Assembly (NCBI GenBank): GCA_973895155.1
Contig: OZ316891.1
Coordinates: 4,012,018-4,076,017, forward strand
Length of the DNA: 64,000 nucleotides
Source of the DNA: Marsupella aquatica
Taxonomy: Eukaryota > Plantae > Marchantiophyta
Direction of reading: 5' to 3'
The position numbers and the translations under genes are program-made. Below, one piece after another: positions 62,001 to 64,000 of the stretch. The notes beneath the pieces were generated by a model that saw only the letters and a program-made list of their open reading frames with translations, was not told where the DNA came from and did not search any database. How positions within the stretch are numbered: position 1 is the first letter of the stretch; every line of letters begins with the position of its first letter.

Positions 62001-62855
62001 GCGGCTTCGCTTGGATGGAGCTTGAGTTGAATTCTGCATAACCTTAGTATCAGGACCCGCGTAGATGACCACTCCCCAGACGTGTCCAGTATTCTGAAGG
62101 CTGGAGTCCCGAAGAAGCAGTTGCGCGGGTCCAACTGGAAACGACTGCCCATCTTGCATCTCCATGTGCCCAGTGAAAGTATAGAGTGATGCATTGGGTG
62201 CTTCACATCTGATATCTGCTCGAAAGCCTCCTAAAGAGGCTTCACCGTCGTACTGTTCATTCCATGTACTCTCCAGGGCTCGCCGAGCTTTCAAGTTCGT
62301 CTCCCCGTCAAGATTCTTAGTCTCCACATAGCAGACACCGTCAAGTCCGCTGGACGAGAGCAGGAGCAGATCGGCAGGGAAGTACTCTCCATCTGCTACT
62401 CGCACCAAGTCACCGATTTGTAAATCCTTCCACCGCAACGTCAGCCTCTCTCCGCCCACGAGAGCTTCCACTGGCGTGGAATTGACAGCCTTATCCCCTC
62501 GGGAGCGACGAAGGTCTTCCCAAAATTCACGACCGATTCCGAGACCAAGGACGAAGAATAGCGGGAGCACTATACTCGTCCACGAGTGCGGAGAAAATGG
62601 GCTCAGTGACAATAGAGCTATGGCTGTGAAATACCAATAAGCAGCCCTTCGGTACTCCAGAAACAGAGACATTGGCAGAAAATTGATCCATGTGTACTTC
62701 CTGGTGGACGTTTTGTTTTTCGGGTATTGGTACTCTTCATGACGCCCTCGGTCATTGCAATGCACGATGCGGGTCTCATCAGAGCCCCCAGCGATTCCTG
62801 AGTCCCTTCCGCGACGCCAAAGCTTCTCTAGTTGGCGTCTACAGTAGCTCATCAT
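59028..62855 (-). CDS. P4-type ATPase (ALA phospholipid flippase family), single exon, 1275 aa
   Basis: NLDGETNLK, DKTGTLT, ESPDE, EFSSARKRMS, KGAD, TGDK, CRVSPRQK and GDGANDVGMIQ motifs, with an ALA4-12-like transmembrane layout. Confidence 0.96.
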   Translation of the reverse strand: MMSYCRRQLEKLWRRGRDSGIAGGSDETRIVHCNDRGRHEEYQYPKNKTSTRKYTWINFLPMSLFLEYRRAAYWYFTAIALLSLSPFSPHSWTSIVLPLFFVLGLGIGREFWEDLRRSRGDKAVNSTPVEALVGGERLTLRWKDLQIGDLVRVADGEYFPADLLLLSSSGLDGVCYVETKNLDGETNLKARRALESTWNEQYDGEASLGGFRADIRCEAPNASLYTFTGHMEMQDGQSFPVGPAQLLLRDSSLQNTGHVWGVVIYAGPDTKVMQNSTQAPSKRSRIDKSLDKVVYTMFVVLFLMSVTSGVVLGYRTSREGPGMWYLLPFDNNKYYNPNTAVIAGLGVFVNGLILYGYLVPIGLYVTLEIVRGFQGISMTMDMAMYEPSIGAGAKVRTTGLNEELGQVDTILSDKTGTLTSNQMDFFRCSIAGVSYGKGTTEVERAARRLGVVLGVETDSSGWKPEEDGDDAGCNPSRVKGFNFSDPRLLGGKWAQEANPDVVQLFFQILALCHTAIPEGKVDEPWSMEYRAESPDESALVVAAKQFGFFFYKRTPSAVHVRESVGKDEEHIDRTYELLNVLEFSSARKRMSVIVRYPDGRVMLLSKGADAVMIQRADSEDKRFLKSTLDQLQTYAEVGLRTLVVAYRELHEDELQRWQIKYAKAASVIGPEREERIEEVVDEIERNLRVVGGTGVEDKLQDGVPETIDNLSRAGINIWVLTGDKVETAINIGYASSLLRKGMQKIIISLEGSEALEVEERAEKQELSREDVKKELTSIVAQQLSDGNREIERMRNRPSQVQKSGEIDRKSERKSVSSESFSGVLKNGKRNVTSSYRQGSELHELQEFTSRSRNHSQEIEEFPLNTSKELKYRRPDGSRSQNSPGRRRRHSEPVADEESSFALVIDGYSLAFVLSDDSLQEEFIRACKECTSVLCCRVSPRQKGQVTKLVRKGMGENKLCLAIGDGANDVGMIQAANVGVGVIGVEGAQAVMAADYAIAQFRFLERLLLVHGHWCYHRISLMILYYYYKVTLTGWIAFCGNALSFFSGQPIYNDWYASFYNTLFTALPVGVVGILDQDVSAADCIRYPQLYKAGHRKDLFNRKRITLWILNSIYSGLIVFFFTLGLYLLSSFRAGGMTPSLPEFGALLFTCKVLVANVQVTLAINNFTWVHHASIWGSIVSWYIFLFIYGELPLFGAQDGGYPTSPYKLLTEALGLTPSYWLLQILVVVAAVLPSFLLRSFKSTFYPSDYQIVSEISAREARPQPTPREGQGIDKS

Positions 62856-64000
62856 GGTTGACGATTATTGGGAAACGGGAGCGCGTCACATGTCTACCTT
62901 CAGATAACAGGATAGCACCCAAGGTCTCGCTTCAAAGGCGTGCGAGCAATGTCCGAGGGCAAAGAAGAGCAGTTATCATCTTCCAAACGCTGGAGCAAAA
63001 TACGAAGCTCTCAAAATGCTTGCAAGCATCACAACATTCCCACGACTGCACGTCAGTGAATCTCACCGTCTGGACCCGTTCAAAGCAGTCGCTAAAAAGC
63101 AACGTGCCACCCAGTTGCAACAGGCTGTTCTCTCAAAGTCAGTTAGAACTATTATTTTTGACCCAGACGGGTGATTTCCAAGCCACCCCACAGCTCGAAG
63201 TCACCACTCGCTTGGCATAATTTGGGCCCAGAAGACATGTGATAAAACGTTTGCAGAAAGTCGTTGCAATCTATTGCAGCTACAGTGTTGCATTTCTATG
63301 CGATATTTCTGGCTGGCCCCGCTTCTCAGCGTTCTCCAAAAAGAAATGGAGTGAGTCTGACCCTCCTCTCTGGAAACCTCCGTCGTCCGGTAACTGAGAT
63401 CGGCGCCTCGAGCGCGGGCCGGCAGAACAAATGAATCTCTCTAGGGAACCTCAAGGATCGATGCCAGCCAGAGTACTATGCTGAAATGATAAGAACGGGA
63501 CGATGTCTCGTTGGTGAAACCGACGGCTGATTCGGGAAGTGTTGGTCCTCTCCAATCACAAAGTGAATGGAGGATTGCAGCCCTTCATTCTTATTCCGGT
63601 GGACATTCGGATCTCCGAAACCACAGTAGCCTTGCATGCTCCACGTCCCATCCTTGAGAACCACTACGAACCGGACCATATTAGAAAATCAGCAATGTAT
63701 AATGATACATACTGTTGAACATGCTCTCATTCTACAGTTGAGAGACAGGTCTATACAGCTATACCAATGTGCCGGCGAGTCCTGTAGACCGCTTGTTTTC
63801 TTCTTTAACGTTCTCTTTCCTGGGGTTTACAATTTGACTTAGGAAGTGAGTAGACCAAAGCACAGAGACGACAAGTTTTCAATAAGTGATGAGGTACGAA
63901 ATCTGTCCTCTTCCAGTCTTCAATTTGGCTCGGGAATAGACGAAAGCTAAGAGCCGACCTCCGCAAATTTGACGCCTGGCTAACTTTGTAATTTGGCTAA

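Noticed and set aside
63476-64000. Possible terminal exons of an upstream minus-strand gene
   Set aside because: One plausible GT-AG junction, but no recognisable protein. It could equally be flippase upstream or UTR sequence.

Overview
Land-plant nuclear DNA (the bryophyte-grade guess is inference only), with a nested transposon cluster lying between a few host genes. The main elements, in order: (1) the 5' end of a STE20/MAP4K kinase (minus strand, runs off the window). (2) A structurally complete 9.7-kb CACTA element (5328-15063, ATA target-site duplication [TSD]) with an intact four-exon transposase and a divergent TnpA-like gene. The first transposase intron contains an intact SET-domain (lysine methyltransferase-fold) exon. 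The shared first coding exon can splice in frame either to the SET exon or to the transposase, which makes this a candidate transposon-encoded chromatin modifier produced by alternative splicing; it is the top finding. (3) A disabled MULE transposase with a convergent orphan partner gene. (4) Five copies of an 8-bp-TSD MITE family. (5) A very young Ty1/copia element whose gag and pol are separated by a single in-frame TGA. (6) An HSPA12-type Hsp70 pseudogene split by a truncated L1 LINE. (7) Three Helitron-like 3' ends. (8) Intronless, divergent copies of an ASK20/21-type SKP1 and a P4-ATPase flippase, plus a 577-aa orphan ORF. All splice models were read by eye from GT/AG sites and frame continuity. 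No database searches were run.
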